Shown one piece after another: positions 18,389-27,773 of a stretch of DNA of 64,000 nt. How positions within the stretch are numbered: position 1 is the stretch's first letter; the number at the start of each line of letters is the position of its first letter. The notes under the pieces are model-generated. The model was not told where the DNA came from. It made no database searches and was given only the letters and a program-made list of their open reading frames with translations. A program made the translations under genes and the position numbers. The stretch is from a virus (Duplodnaviria; Caudoviricetes): the IMG/VR virus record IMGVR_UViG_2861773553_000003, positions 20,849-84,848 of that record. One strand, given 5' to 3'.

Positions 18389-19459
18389 ATGAGCACGGAC
18401 GACACGCACGGTCCGGCGGGAGCGACCCCGGACCCGGCCGAGCTCGTCCAGGACCCGGCCCCCCGCGTCCCGCCCTATCACCCGTGCCCGAGCTGCGGGG
18501 AGCGGGTCAAGGTCAACGCCGACGGGCGGCTGTCCAAGCACCCCCGCCGCGTGCCGCTGCCCTGCCCCGGCTCCTACGTCCCGGTCGGGCCGGCCCGCAT
18601 CCCCAAGCGGGGCGGCGACGGCTGGTACCGCGACCCGGTCACCGGGCAGCGGCTGCGCTCGGTCACCACCACCCTCAACCAGGGGTCGGCCAAGGAAGCG
18701 CTGACGTTCTGGGCCGCCAAGATCGTGGCCGAGCTGGCGCTCGACCAGGTCCCAGACCTGGTCCGGGCCGCCCGCAACCCGGCCGAACGCACCGAGATGA
18801 TCGACTGGCTGCGCGCCGAGCCGATCCGCCGCCGCGACGACCGCGGCGACGTCGGCAAGGCCGTGCACCGCGTCATCGAGGCGCGCATCCTGGGCGAGAC
18901 CGTCCCCCCGTCCCTGCTGGCCGACGGCAGCCTGCGTCCCTACCTGCGGCACTTCTTCGCCTTCGTGGCCGACTGGCAGGTCGAGTTCGAGGCCAGCGAG
19001 ATGGTGGTGGCCCACTACGCCCACCAGTACGCCGGAACGCTGGACTACCTGTTCTACTCCGCCCCCTTGGCCGCCCGCCTGGGCGTGCCGACCGGCACGC
19101 TCTTCGCCGGGGACACCAAGACCGGCGGCGAGCTGGACCAGATCACCTACGGCGGGCACCGCCGCGGCGTCTACCCCGAGGCCGGCCTGCAGATGGCCGC
19201 CTACCGGGCCGCCCCCTACGGGTGGCTGCGCAGCGGGGAGCGCATCGCGATGCCGCCCCGCCACGAGGTCGGCGTCGTGCTGCACCTGCGACCCGGCGGC
19301 TACCGGCTGATCCCGGTGCGGTGCGGCGACGCCGAGTACGCGGTCTTCCGGCACATCCAGGCCGTGGCCGCCTGGTCCACCGGGGCGGCCAAGACCGTCA
19401 TCGGGCAGCCCCTGGCGCCGCCCGACCCACCCACCACACCCATCCGGCAGGCAGCATGA
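18389..19459 (+). CDS. PD-(D/E)XK exonuclease (RecE/Cas4-like) with N-terminal Zn ribbon
   Basis: SVTT, GKAVH, YAGTLD, GDTKTG, LQMAAY. Confidence 0.85.
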   Translation: MSTDDTHGPAGATPDPAELVQDPAPRVPPYHPCPSCGERVKVNADGRLSKHPRRVPLPCPGSYVPVGPARIPKRGGDGWYRDPVTGQRLRSVTTTLNQGSAKEALTFWAAKIVAELALDQVPDLVRAARNPAERTEMIDWLRAEPIRRRDDRGDVGKAVHRVIEARILGETVPPSLLADGSLRPYLRHFFAFVADWQVEFEASEMVVAHYAHQYAGTLDYLFYSAPLAARLGVPTGTLFAGDTKTGGELDQITYGGHRRGVYPEAGLQMAAYRAAPYGWLRSGERIAMPPRHEVGVVLHLRPGGYRLIPVRCGDAEYAVFRHIQAVAAWSTGAAKTVIGQPLAPPDPPTTPIRQAA

Positions 19460-21021
19460 CCTCTATCCCGCGCGGTCCCCGGATCAAGGACCTGCAGCAC
19501 ACCACCCGCACCCTGGGCAAGATCCGCGCCGGGGTGTACGAGGGCCGCCCCAAGTCCTCCGAGACGTTCGTCATCACCAGCGAGTTCGAGCACCTGGTGG
19601 CGGCCGCCGCCGAGATGTACGGCGGGCTGGCCGAACCCTATGACCCGCAAGGCCCCGGCCCCACCCAATGGCGGGTGGTGACCGACGAGGTCGCCCTCGA
19701 CGCGCTGCTGCCCCCCGGCCCGAAGGACCCGGTCAGCCAGCACTACGAGTTCTGGACCCGGGGCGGCCTGCAGCGCCGCTGCGACGGTCAGGTGCTCGAC
19801 CGCACCGGCAAACGCTGCTTCTGCAAGGCCCAGTGGGGGCCGTACTTCCTGGACGCCGACACCGGCAACCAGGCGTGCCAGATGATCACCCGCGTCAACG
19901 TCGCACTGCCCGACGTCCCCGACGTGGGCCTGTTCTTGTTCGAGACGCACTCGCGCAACGCCGCGCGCGAGCTCCCGGCGATCGTGGACCTGTTGCGGGC
20001 TGCCTACGGGATCGACGTCGCGGTGCCGATCCAGTTGCTGCTCACCCAGCGCAGCAAGATGATCGGCGGCAGGGTCAAGCACTACCAGGTGCCCGTCCTC
20101 AAGCCGCGCCACCAGCTCAGCTTCGGCGCCGTGGCCGCAGCGCAGATCCCCGCCGGCCCGCCCGGCACGCCCGCTCTGGAGGCCGGTGGCGAACGCCCGG
20201 CCCTGGCCGCCGCGCCCGGACCGGACTACGCCGAGCTCATCCGCCGCGCGGCCGATCGGGAGCAGGCCGCGCGCATCTGGTCCGAGGCGTACGCCGAGCT
20301 ACGCCACCGCCCCGACGCCACCGCGGTGCTCAGCCACATCAAAGAGCAGGCCGATGTGCGGCTGGAGGAACTGGAGGACGTCGGCCCGCTGTGGGAGCAC
20401 ATCGTCGCCCGGTTCGACGGCACCGCCGCCGAGCTGAACGAGGCCGTCGAGCAGGCCTGCGGGCACCCCTGCGAGCACGCCACCCTGGCCGAGTTGCGGG
20501 CTTTCGCCGCCACGCTGCCGCCCGCCCCGGCCGCGCAGGAGTCGGCGAACGCCAGCGAGGGGCAGGTCCGCCGCATCCACGCCCAGCTGCGCGCCCTGGG
20601 CATCACCACCCGCGCCGCCCGGCTGGCCTACTTCCAGAACGTCATCGGCCACCAGGTGGACTCCACCATGGCGCTGACAGGCGAGCAGGCCAGCCGAGTG
20701 CTGGACCGGCTGGAGGCCGCCCTGCGGGACCGCGAGGCCGACAAGGCCCGCGAGGGCATCGACACCGGCTCCGGCATCGCCCCGCCCTCGGCATCGGCAC
20801 CCGAGCCCGAGCCGACCGCCTCGGCCGAGCCGGCCGAGGCCGACAGGCTCGAAGCCAACATCCGCACCGAGGCCGCGGCCCGCGGCCTGGACGCCGACGC
20901 GCTGGAGGCGGCGTTCCTCGCCGTCACCGGCGACCGGCTCGACCGAGCCGACGAGCCCACCCTTGACACCTTCCTGGCCCGGCTCACGGCCGGCCACATC
21001 GCCCCCGAGGACCCCGCATGA
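19456..21021 (+). CDS. Gp3-like (recombination directionality factor-like) protein with long C-terminal extension
   Basis: LGKIRAG...FVITS...YEFWTRGGLQRRCDG...TRVNVALPD...ETHSRNAARE. Confidence 0.75.
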   Translation: MTSIPRGPRIKDLQHTTRTLGKIRAGVYEGRPKSSETFVITSEFEHLVAAAAEMYGGLAEPYDPQGPGPTQWRVVTDEVALDALLPPGPKDPVSQHYEFWTRGGLQRRCDGQVLDRTGKRCFCKAQWGPYFLDADTGNQACQMITRVNVALPDVPDVGLFLFETHSRNAARELPAIVDLLRAAYGIDVAVPIQLLLTQRSKMIGGRVKHYQVPVLKPRHQLSFGAVAAAQIPAGPPGTPALEAGGERPALAAAPGPDYAELIRRAADREQAARIWSEAYAELRHRPDATAVLSHIKEQADVRLEELEDVGPLWEHIVARFDGTAAELNEAVEQACGHPCEHATLAELRAFAATLPPAPAAQESANASEGQVRRIHAQLRALGITTRAARLAYFQNVIGHQVDSTMALTGEQASRVLDRLEAALRDREADKAREGIDTGSGIAPPSASAPEPEPTASAEPAEADRLEANIRTEAAARGLDADALEAAFLAVTGDRLDRADEPTLDTFLARLTAGHIAPEDPA

Positions 21022-21299
21022 CCGACCCGACCCCGCCCCCCTGGACTCCCGCCACCAGGAACTACCGCACGGCGCGCGAGCGCCTGCGCACCTCCTGCAG
21101 CTACGACTACCGGTCTGCGGACCGGGCCGGTCTCGAAGCCCAGCGGGCGCTGGCCGCAGCCACCCTCGCGGTGGCCGACGCGCTCGTCCTGCTGGCCACC
21201 ACGCTCGCCCGATCGTCCTCCACCCCGCTGGACGACCCCGCCGCCCGGGACTGGCGGCGGGTCACCGGGCTGGAATCCGACCCCTCCAAGGAGAACTGA
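21018..21299 (+). CDS. Hypothetical protein
   Basis: ATGA overlap, GAGG RBS. Confidence 0.6.
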   Translation: MTDPTPPPWTPATRNYRTARERLRTSCSYDYRSADRAGLEAQRALAAATLAVADALVLLATTLARSSSTPLDDPAARDWRRVTGLESDPSKEN

Positions 21300-21778
21300 T
21301 GCCCCGCACCCCCCAGCGCGACAGCGAACCCGCCCCGGCGCCCGACCACCCCCCGCTGCCCGACCACGCCCGCAAGACCCTGCTGGACACCCTCTACGGC
21401 CAGCACACCGAGTACGGCAGCCAGGCGCGGACCCACGAGTACACCGGGCTGCAAGCGCGCGCCGAGATCGACCGGCTGCAGCGGCTGCTCGCCAACGCCA
21501 CGCACATGGCCGAGGAGGCCGAACGGCTGGCCCGGCTCGCCCGGGAGAAGGAGGCGGCCTTCGCCGCCGACCTGGAGCGCAACGGCCAGCCCCGCCCGGA
21601 CCCGGCCCCCACCCCGTCCCTGGAGGACCCCAAGCCGGGATGGCCGCTGAGCAAAGCGCAGCCGATCGAGCGCGCGGCCGAGAAGGCCGTCCACGAAGTC
21701 ACCTGGTTCGGCTCACCGCCCTCGCCGCCGCCGGCCCCCGCACCCACCCGGCCCCTGCCGCAGGTGCCCGCCACCTGA
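21299..21778 (+). CDS. Coiled-coil hypothetical protein
   Basis: AAGGAG RBS, coupled start. Confidence 0.65.
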   Translation: MPRTPQRDSEPAPAPDHPPLPDHARKTLLDTLYGQHTEYGSQARTHEYTGLQARAEIDRLQRLLANATHMAEEAERLARLAREKEAAFAADLERNGQPRPDPAPTPSLEDPKPGWPLSKAQPIERAAEKAVHEVTWFGSPPSPPPAPAPTRPLPQVPAT

Positions 21779-21838
21779 ACACACCGCCTGCGCCCGGGGC
21801 CGCCCGCTCCGGGCGCGGGCCTGAGCAAAGGACTCCCC

Positions 21839-22141
21839 ATGGACCCCGACGTACGGCGCCGCTTGCGCCTGGCGGTCACCGCCTGGACCGACGCGGGCGG
21901 GCCGATCGACGACCTCGAAGACCGACTGTCGGCCGAAGGCCTCACGCTGGCGGCCGCGCCCCAGCACCACGACGCGGTGGACGCCTGGCTGCACGCCCAC
22001 CGCGACGCGCACCCGGTCCTGTCCTCGGGCTGGCGCGCGGTCCAGGACCTGATCGAGGACTACCACCGCCGCAGCCGGGCCGGCATCGCCCTGCTCGACC
22101 CCATGCCGGGCCCAGCGCCGGGCGGGGGAGCGCGGACATGA
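21839..22141 (+). CDS. Hypothetical protein
   Basis: AAAGGA RBS. Confidence 0.65.
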   Translation: MDPDVRRRLRLAVTAWTDAGGPIDDLEDRLSAEGLTLAAAPQHHDAVDAWLHAHRDAHPVLSSGWRAVQDLIEDYHRRSRAGIALLDPMPGPAPGGGART

Positions 22142-22683
22142 GCCCGCGGGTGCTCGCCCTCGACCTGGCGGCCGAGTGCAGCGGGGTCGCCTACCCCGGC
22201 GGCACGATGATCCTGCGCGCGCCCGCCCCGGCCGGCCGCACCCGGACCCTGGCCGACAATCTGCGTCGGCTCGACCATATCGACACCCAGGTCGCCGCGC
22301 TGATCCGCCTCTACCGACCCCAGGTGGCGCTCGTGGAGGACTACGCGCGCCGGGTGCGCAGCGGCGCCGCCCACACCCTGGCCGAGATCGGCGGCGCGGT
22401 ACGGCTGGCGCTGTGGCGAGCGGCGGTGCCGTTCGCCGTGGTGAACATCGACCACCTCAAGAAGTACGCCACCGGGGACACCGGCGCGGACAAGACCGCC
22501 CTGGCGCTGGCCGCCTTCAAGCGGGCCGGGGTGGAGTTCGCCAGCCACGACGAGTGCGACGCCTGGTGGCTCTACTGCATGGGGGCCGACGTGCTCGGTC
22601 AGCCCGTGGTCCGCGTCCCGGCCGCACAGCGCGCGGTCCTGTCCCGGCTGACGTGGTCGGCACCGATCGGAGCGCCACCGTGA
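22138..22683 (+). CDS. RuvC-like Holliday junction resolvase
   Basis: VLALDL, VEDY, LKKYATG...ADK, DECDA. Confidence 0.85.
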   Translation: MSPRVLALDLAAECSGVAYPGGTMILRAPAPAGRTRTLADNLRRLDHIDTQVAALIRLYRPQVALVEDYARRVRSGAAHTLAEIGGAVRLALWRAAVPFAVVNIDHLKKYATGDTGADKTALALAAFKRAGVEFASHDECDAWWLYCMGADVLGQPVVRVPAAQRAVLSRLTWSAPIGAPP

Positions 22684-23042
22684 GCCTGCAGGAGCGCTAC
22701 CTCGATCGCTGCCGCCGCTGTGGCGCCGACATCGTCTGGGCCCGGCTGGGCCGGCACGAGGTGCCCGTGGAGCCCACCGACGACCTCCAGGCCGACCTGG
22801 CCTACAGCTGGGAGCAGGGGCCGCTGCGGCGCGCCCTGCTGCTCGTGATCGGGATCAGCCCGATCGCGGCCCGCCCGCTGGGCCCCGGCACCTTCCCCCC
22901 TGCCCCCTGGGAGCACCTCGGGCGCGACCACCGCAGCGCCTGCCTCCCCCGACCGCGCCGCCGCCACCGTGGCGCGACCCGTAGTGGCGATGTCGTGCCG
23001 CTCGATGAGGCACGGCGCCGCAGACAAGGAGACATCACGTGA
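22680..23042 (+). CDS. Phage hypothetical protein
   Basis: CRRCGADIVWA...PVE...HRSAC motif; GTGA overlap. Confidence 0.65.
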   Translation: MSLQERYLDRCRRCGADIVWARLGRHEVPVEPTDDLQADLAYSWEQGPLRRALLLVIGISPIAARPLGPGTFPPAPWEHLGRDHRSACLPRPRRRHRGATRSGDVVPLDEARRRRQGDIT

Positions 23043-23127
23043 TCCCCCCTGCCCCGTCCCCAGGCGCCCGGCCCCTCGACGCCCGCCGGCCTGCACCCCG
23101 GACCGCGCGAGCCGTCGGGAGGAGGTC

Positions 23128-24456
23128 ATGACCCGGCGCGGCGACAACGAGAAGGCCATCAAGGAGGCCGCCGCCCAGGCCGGCCTCACGGTCATCAACG
23201 CCGGTGGGGGATGGCACATCGTGCACCCGGTGACCGGTCACGTCATCGCGCAGTGCAGCAACAACGCCACCAGCCGCCACGTGAGGAACACCGTGGCGCG
23301 CATCAAACGCGCCGCCAAGCAGTACCAGCCCGCAGCGGATGCGACCGGCGACACCCCGCAGCCGGACTCGCCCCCGGACCGCAGGCGGCAGGAGGGCGGG
23401 CGCCAGGACCGCCTGCAGAGCGAGCAGTGGCCGCTCGCCGCCCTGCTGAACTACGCCCACAGCCTGGGCGTGCGCCTGAGTCTCAGTCACGACAAGGACG
23501 ACGTGCGCATCACCGCACCCCGTGGCGGTGACGCCCTGGCCGTCGCCGAAGTCCTGCGCCGCCGCAGCGACGAGGTCCGCGCCCACCTGGCCGCGCTGTC
23601 CGCCCCGGCAGCGCCCGCAGCCCCGCCGACTCCTCATCCCCCAGACGAAGGAGCATCCCCCGTGGCACCCCCGTCCCTACCCGCGCCGAGCACCGTCACC
23701 GGCGCCCGTCAACTGTGGCACGTCCTGCGCGAGGAGGCTCGCAGGCAAGGCGACCTTCTGGCCAGCACCCCCGAGGTGTCCGGGGTGCGATGGGAGGGTG
23801 CGCTCAAGCACCTGGCCCATCAGCGGTTCCCCGACTGGCCTCCCCACCGCTACAACACCGTGCGCACCTACCTGGTAGACACCCGGCATCTGGCGCTGGC
23901 CAGCCAGTACCACCATCCCCACCCCCTGTGGGTGGTCGCCAAGGAGTGGCACGACACGCCGGTCACCCTCACGCACACCAGCAACGGGCACGGCCGGCCC
24001 ACGCCGGCCGACATCGCCCGTCTGAAGGAGTCGCAGCCCAAGCCCGCCGCCCCGGCGCAGGCCGCGCCCGCGCCTGCGAGGCCCGCGGCCACCGCGCCCG
24101 CGGCCCCCGTCCCCGTGCGCTCGACGTCGCTCACCTCCCGCCCGCCCGCGCCCGAGCGGGTGCTCGAACCCACCTCGGTCGCGCTGCCCGCAGACCCGCT
24201 GGAGGTGATCGATCTGATCAACGCCCAGATCCGAGCCGCCAAGGCCGAGGCCGCCGAGGCCCGCGAATGGGCCCGCGAATGCGAGGCGCGCGCCGCCCAG
24301 GCCGAAGACGCCCTGGCCGAGCTGCGCCGCGACCACCAGAACGACCTGCAGGCGCTGCGCGCCGAGCGCGACGAGGCCCGCGCCGAGCTGGCGCGCTACC
24401 AGCAGAGCCTGTCGGGCCTGGCCGCCCTCATCCAGCCCGCCGACCCTCAGGACTGA
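23128..24456 (+). CDS. Multidomain hypothetical protein (HicA-like N-terminus, TubC-N-like segment, C-terminal coiled coil)
   Basis: GGAGG RBS; domain resemblances judged by eye only. Confidence 0.6.
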   Translation: MTRRGDNEKAIKEAAAQAGLTVINAGGGWHIVHPVTGHVIAQCSNNATSRHVRNTVARIKRAAKQYQPAADATGDTPQPDSPPDRRRQEGGRQDRLQSEQWPLAALLNYAHSLGVRLSLSHDKDDVRITAPRGGDALAVAEVLRRRSDEVRAHLAALSAPAAPAAPPTPHPPDEGASPVAPPSLPAPSTVTGARQLWHVLREEARRQGDLLASTPEVSGVRWEGALKHLAHQRFPDWPPHRYNTVRTYLVDTRHLALASQYHHPHPLWVVAKEWHDTPVTLTHTSNGHGRPTPADIARLKESQPKPAAPAQAAPAPARPAATAPAAPVPVRSTSLTSRPPAPERVLEPTSVALPADPLEVIDLINAQIRAAKAEAAEAREWARECEARAAQAEDALAELRRDHQNDLQALRAERDEARAELARYQQSLSGLAALIQPADPQD

Positions 24457-24481
24457 GACGGACCGAGAAGGAACCAGACGC

Positions 24482-24871
24482 ATGCGCGACCGCTTCCGCC
24501 TGCTCTACACCGGAGCCCGCGACCTCGACCGCCCCGGGGACCGGGACACCATCTGGGCCGACCTGGACGGCATCTACGCCCGGCGCGGCCCGCTGCTGCT
24601 CGTGCACGGCAGCTGCTCCCGGGGCGGCGACGCCCACGCCGAGGCCTGGAGGGCCCACGCCGCCGAGCGCGGCCTGGACGTGGCCATCGAACGCCACCCC
24701 GCCCCCTGGTCCGCCCTCGGCCGCGCCGCCGGCCCCTACCGTGACGGCTACATGCTCGGGCGCGGGGCCGACGGCGTCCTGGCCCACGTCACCGCCGCCT
24801 CCCAGGGCGCGCGCAACACCGCCGCCTACGCCCAGCACCTGGGCATCCCCCTGATACGCCGCCAGCGCTGA
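24482..24871 (+). CDS. SLOG family (DUF2493/YspA-like) protein
   Basis: LYTGARD, LVHG...GGD, HPAPW...GRAAGPYRD..M. Confidence 0.85.
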   Translation: MRDRFRLLYTGARDLDRPGDRDTIWADLDGIYARRGPLLLVHGSCSRGGDAHAEAWRAHAAERGLDVAIERHPAPWSALGRAAGPYRDGYMLGRGADGVLAHVTAASQGARNTAAYAQHLGIPLIRRQR

Positions 24872-25015
24872 GCGGCACGCCGTACGCCGCACGCTGGCCG
24901 GCCGGGGAGCCAGGCGTCGCCGTACGGCAGCAAGCGCCACGCACGACCGGGCCTCGCGTGCCCGCCCCCTCACCGGCACGACCTGCAGCACCCCACGCAC
25001 CACGGAAAGAGGGAC

Positions 25016-25423
25016 ATGAGCGCGCGGCTCGTCGGCGACGTGGCCATCTGGCTGGACACCCCGGCCGCACTTGGCCTCACCCCGGCCGAGCGGCTGGTCT
25101 TGATGATCATCGCCGAGCGGGCCAACGAACAGTCCCGCCGCATGTGGCGGTACCGCTCGGACGAGAGCACGCTGCACGACCTGCTCGCCCGCCGCGTCGG
25201 CGTCAGCAGCGGGCAGCTGACCCGCATCCTGGGCCGCCTGTCCCGCCGCGGGCTGGAGGTGCGGGTGCCGCTGAAGTACGACCGGCGCGGCCGGCCCGTC
25301 TACGGCCGGCGCGGGCACGCCTGCGACTTCCAGCTGCCTGAACTGCCCACCACCGTCACCCTGCCGCCCCGCGCGAACCCCTGTGGACAACCGGGTCCGG
25401 ACGTCCCCGGCGGGAGTCGATAA
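25016..25423 (+). CDS. Replication initiator-like HTH protein, probably frameshifted near 25380
   Basis: LTPAERLVLMIIAERAN...LARRVGVS...LGRL; iteron-like repeats follow. Confidence 0.6.
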   Translation: MSARLVGDVAIWLDTPAALGLTPAERLVLMIIAERANEQSRRMWRYRSDESTLHDLLARRVGVSSGQLTRILGRLSRRGLEVRVPLKYDRRGRPVYGRRGHACDFQLPELPTTVTLPPRANPCGQPGPDVPGGSR

Positions 25424-25506
25424 GGGTGGCCTCCAGGCCAGGCTTTCGACCGCAAAGACCGGCCTGGAGGCCAGGCATTACGCCACAGAGACCGGCCTGG
25501 AGGCCA
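25382..25506. repeat. Putative origin: DnaA-box match plus iterons
   Basis: TGTGGACAA (reverse complement TTGTCCACA) at 25382; AGACCGGCCTGGAGGCCA at 25456 and 25489; inverted copy at 25425-25439. Confidence 0.55.
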
Positions 25507-25635
25507 CCCCCATCCCTATAGGGACCTTCCCTATCAACCCCTATCCCTACGGCTGTGGTCGGCCCTCTGCCACCTTGAGGTGGAAGGGAGGCCGGCCGCG
25601 CCGTCCGCCTGTGGAAACCCGAGGAACAAAGATCG

Positions 25636-25890
25636 ATGGACGACACGCACTCCGACGACCCCCAGGGGCACTGGGAACGGCTGCTGCGCACCCTGTACAC
25701 CCGGCTGCGCGCCCACCTGCCCCCCGAAACGGCCTGGACGATCGCCTACCACTTCCGCCAGGACCTGTCCGATCGCGGCTGGACGCCGCCCCGCTCCCCG
25801 CTGCCCACCTGGAAAGAGCTGCAGCTCAACCGGCGCGGGCCCCTGCCCATCCCGCCGCGCCCGCCGGACGAGGACGACCCGCAGCAGTAG
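25636..25890 (+). CDS. Hypothetical protein
   Basis: GAGG RBS. Confidence 0.6.
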   Translation: MDDTHSDDPQGHWERLLRTLYTRLRAHLPPETAWTIAYHFRQDLSDRGWTPPRSPLPTWKELQLNRRGPLPIPPRPPDEDDPQQ

Positions 25891-25896
25891 GCGGCC

Positions 25897-25916
25897 CGCA
25901 CGCACGGCCGCGTGCG
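25897..25916. promoter_or_regulatory. Dispersed palindrome CGCACGC-N6-GCGTGCG
   Basis: Exact, 6 nt after a stop codon. Confidence 0.8.
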
Positions 25917-26241
25917 CCGACGCACAAGATCGGCGACTGCAAAGTGATCATTGTCCGCACCCCGCCCCGAGGGCGGGCAGGCCCCGGCTGTGCCGGGGGC
26001 CTGCCCGCTGGCGGTCTGCCTGATGGCCCACCGCCAGCTACACCGGGTAGTCGGCAGCGCCGACTACCCGGTGTGATCATGCGCCGCATCCGGCGCATGA
26101 TCTTCCCGCCCTGGGGCCGGATGCGGACCGGGAAGCGATCTCCGATCTCTGTGTTTCCGCAGCTCAGAAGCGCTCTCATGGTAACCGTGCTGTATCCAAA
26201 CGGACCGTTGTGCATTTGGAACGGTGTGCTGGAATGGAGGT

Positions 26242-27168
26242 ATGCGAGAGCGACGGTCAGGTTTGGAGATCGCTGGGTACACGGCGGGCGCGCTCGCGGC
26301 TGCCGCTATGGTCGTCCCCGGCGTGATCACCGGCGTCCGCGCCCGCGCGAGCGTCCCGGCGCAGACGATCATCGGCCCGCCCACGACGCCCACGACGCCC
26401 GCGCCCCCGTGCACGTGCCCGACGCCGACAACGATCATGCCGACCGTCACCGTCACGGAGAAGATCACCGAAACGGTGATCCCGCCCCCGGTCACGGCCA
26501 CGGTCACGGCCACGGTCACGATCAAGGTCACCACCACGGCCACCACGACCGAGCGGGTGACCCTGCCCCCGGCCGCCGCGCCGCCGCCCGCCGCGCCTCC
26601 GGCTCCGGCCCCGGCTCCGCAGGCCCCGCCTGCCGCGCCCCCGGCCGCCGCGCAGCCCCCCGCCGCGCCTGCCGCGCCCCCGGCCGCGCCGCCGCCTGCC
26701 GCGCCCGCCCGGCCCCCTCAGGAGGACCCCAAGGCCCCTGACGCGCCCGCGCAGCCTCCGGCCGCTGCGCCGCCGCCTGCCGCGCCTGGCGCACCGCAGG
26801 CTCCCGCACAGCCGCCCGCAGGCGCGGCGGTCCCGTCCGCGCTGGGCCTGCCTGCGGCCGACTCGCCGTCCGCACAGCCGCACGCAAGCCCGCGTGCGGC
26901 AGGGCCGCAGTCCGGGCCGCCCGTGTCTCCGTGGTCTGCCATCCCTGCGGCAGCGGCCGTGATCTCCGCGCTGTGGGCCTGGCGTGCGCTGCGCGCCCGC
27001 AGGGCCGCCGCGCAGCAGGCCGCGCAGCAGGCCGCGCAGCAGGCCGCGCCGGAGTCCACTCCGGCCCCGGCGGGCGCGGACGCGCCCGCCCCCACGACGC
27101 CGGACGCGGCACGGCCCGCGCCCGGTCCCACACCCGCCGACGCGCCGCAGCAGGGCGACGCGTCATGA
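26242..27168 (+). CDS. Pro/Ala/Thr-rich surface or membrane-anchored protein
   Basis: GGAGG RBS; N-terminal hydrophobic segment, TVT repeats, C-terminal TM followed by basic residues. Confidence 0.7.
   Translation: MRERRSGLEIAGYTAGALAAAAMVVPGVITGVRARASVPAQTIIGPPTTPTTPAPPCTCPTPTTIMPTVTVTEKITETVIPPPVTATVTATVTIKVTTTATTTERVTLPPAAAPPPAAPPAPAPAPQAPPAAPPAAAQPPAAPAAPPAAPPPAAPARPPQEDPKAPDAPAQPPAAAPPPAAPGAPQAPAQPPAGAAVPSALGLPAADSPSAQPHASPRAAGPQSGPPVSPWSAIPAAAAVISALWAWRALRARRAAAQQAAQQAAQQAAPESTPAPAGADAPAPTTPDAARPAPGPTPADAPQQGDAS
26879..26898. promoter_or_regulatory. Dispersed palindrome, intragenic copy
   Basis: Exact CGCACGC-aagccc-GCGTGCG. Confidence 0.7.
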
Positions 27169-27188
27169 TCCCGGAAGGGAAAGATCAC

Positions 27189-27704
27189 ATGTCCGACAAC
27201 ACCGCCGACATGGTCGCCGCCGTCGAAAGCGCGGGTGAGGCCATCCTCACCGCGCTTGAGCGGTGGGTGGACACCGACGGCAAGGACGAGAAGAAGCTCG
27301 CCCGCGCCGCCGCGTGGCGACCCCCGCTCACGGTCGTGATGTCCTACGCGGACGCCGGGGAGCTGACCCCCGAGACGTTCCCCCGGGAGGGGATCATCCC
27401 GGCCGACGCGCGCGACCTCCCCGAGGCGATCATGGACCGCAACGGGACCAAGGTCGTGCTCCGGTCCGACCGGGGCCGCGCGCTGCTGGGCCGCATCAGC
27501 CCGACGCACGAGTGGAACCAGTACGCCAAGCTCACCCCCAACATGATCCGGCAGACCGCCGAGGCGTACCGGGCCGCGCAGCGTGAGCGCGCCAAGGACG
27601 CGGAGATCGCGCGGCTTCGCGCGGAGCTGGCCGCCAAGAGCGGCGAGCCCAAGCCGGAGTCCGCGCCCAAGCCCGCGCCCAAGCCCGCCACGGCGCGTAG
27701 GTAG
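27189..27704 (+). CDS. Hypothetical protein
   Basis: GGAAAG RBS, strong codon bias. Confidence 0.75.
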   Translation: MSDNTADMVAAVESAGEAILTALERWVDTDGKDEKKLARAAAWRPPLTVVMSYADAGELTPETFPREGIIPADARDLPEAIMDRNGTKVVLRSDRGRALLGRISPTHEWNQYAKLTPNMIRQTAEAYRAAQRERAKDAEIARLRAELAAKSGEPKPESAPKPAPKPATARR

Positions 27705-27773
27705 GTCCACCCCTGGGGGGCGCTGCGGGGAGCGCCCCCCTTCCCCGTTCCCAGACCAGAGCAAGGACCGATC

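Noticed and set aside
18389-19459. Cas4 as part of a CRISPR system
   Set aside because: The context is a phage recombination operon, with no cas1/cas2 or array.
18484-21021. 845-aa ORF as a single protein
   Set aside because: Its first third overlaps the exonuclease in another frame; the likely start is the ATG at 19456.
26380-27160. Pro/Ala and QQAA tandem repeats as a DNA element
   Set aside because: Explained by a low-complexity protein linker.
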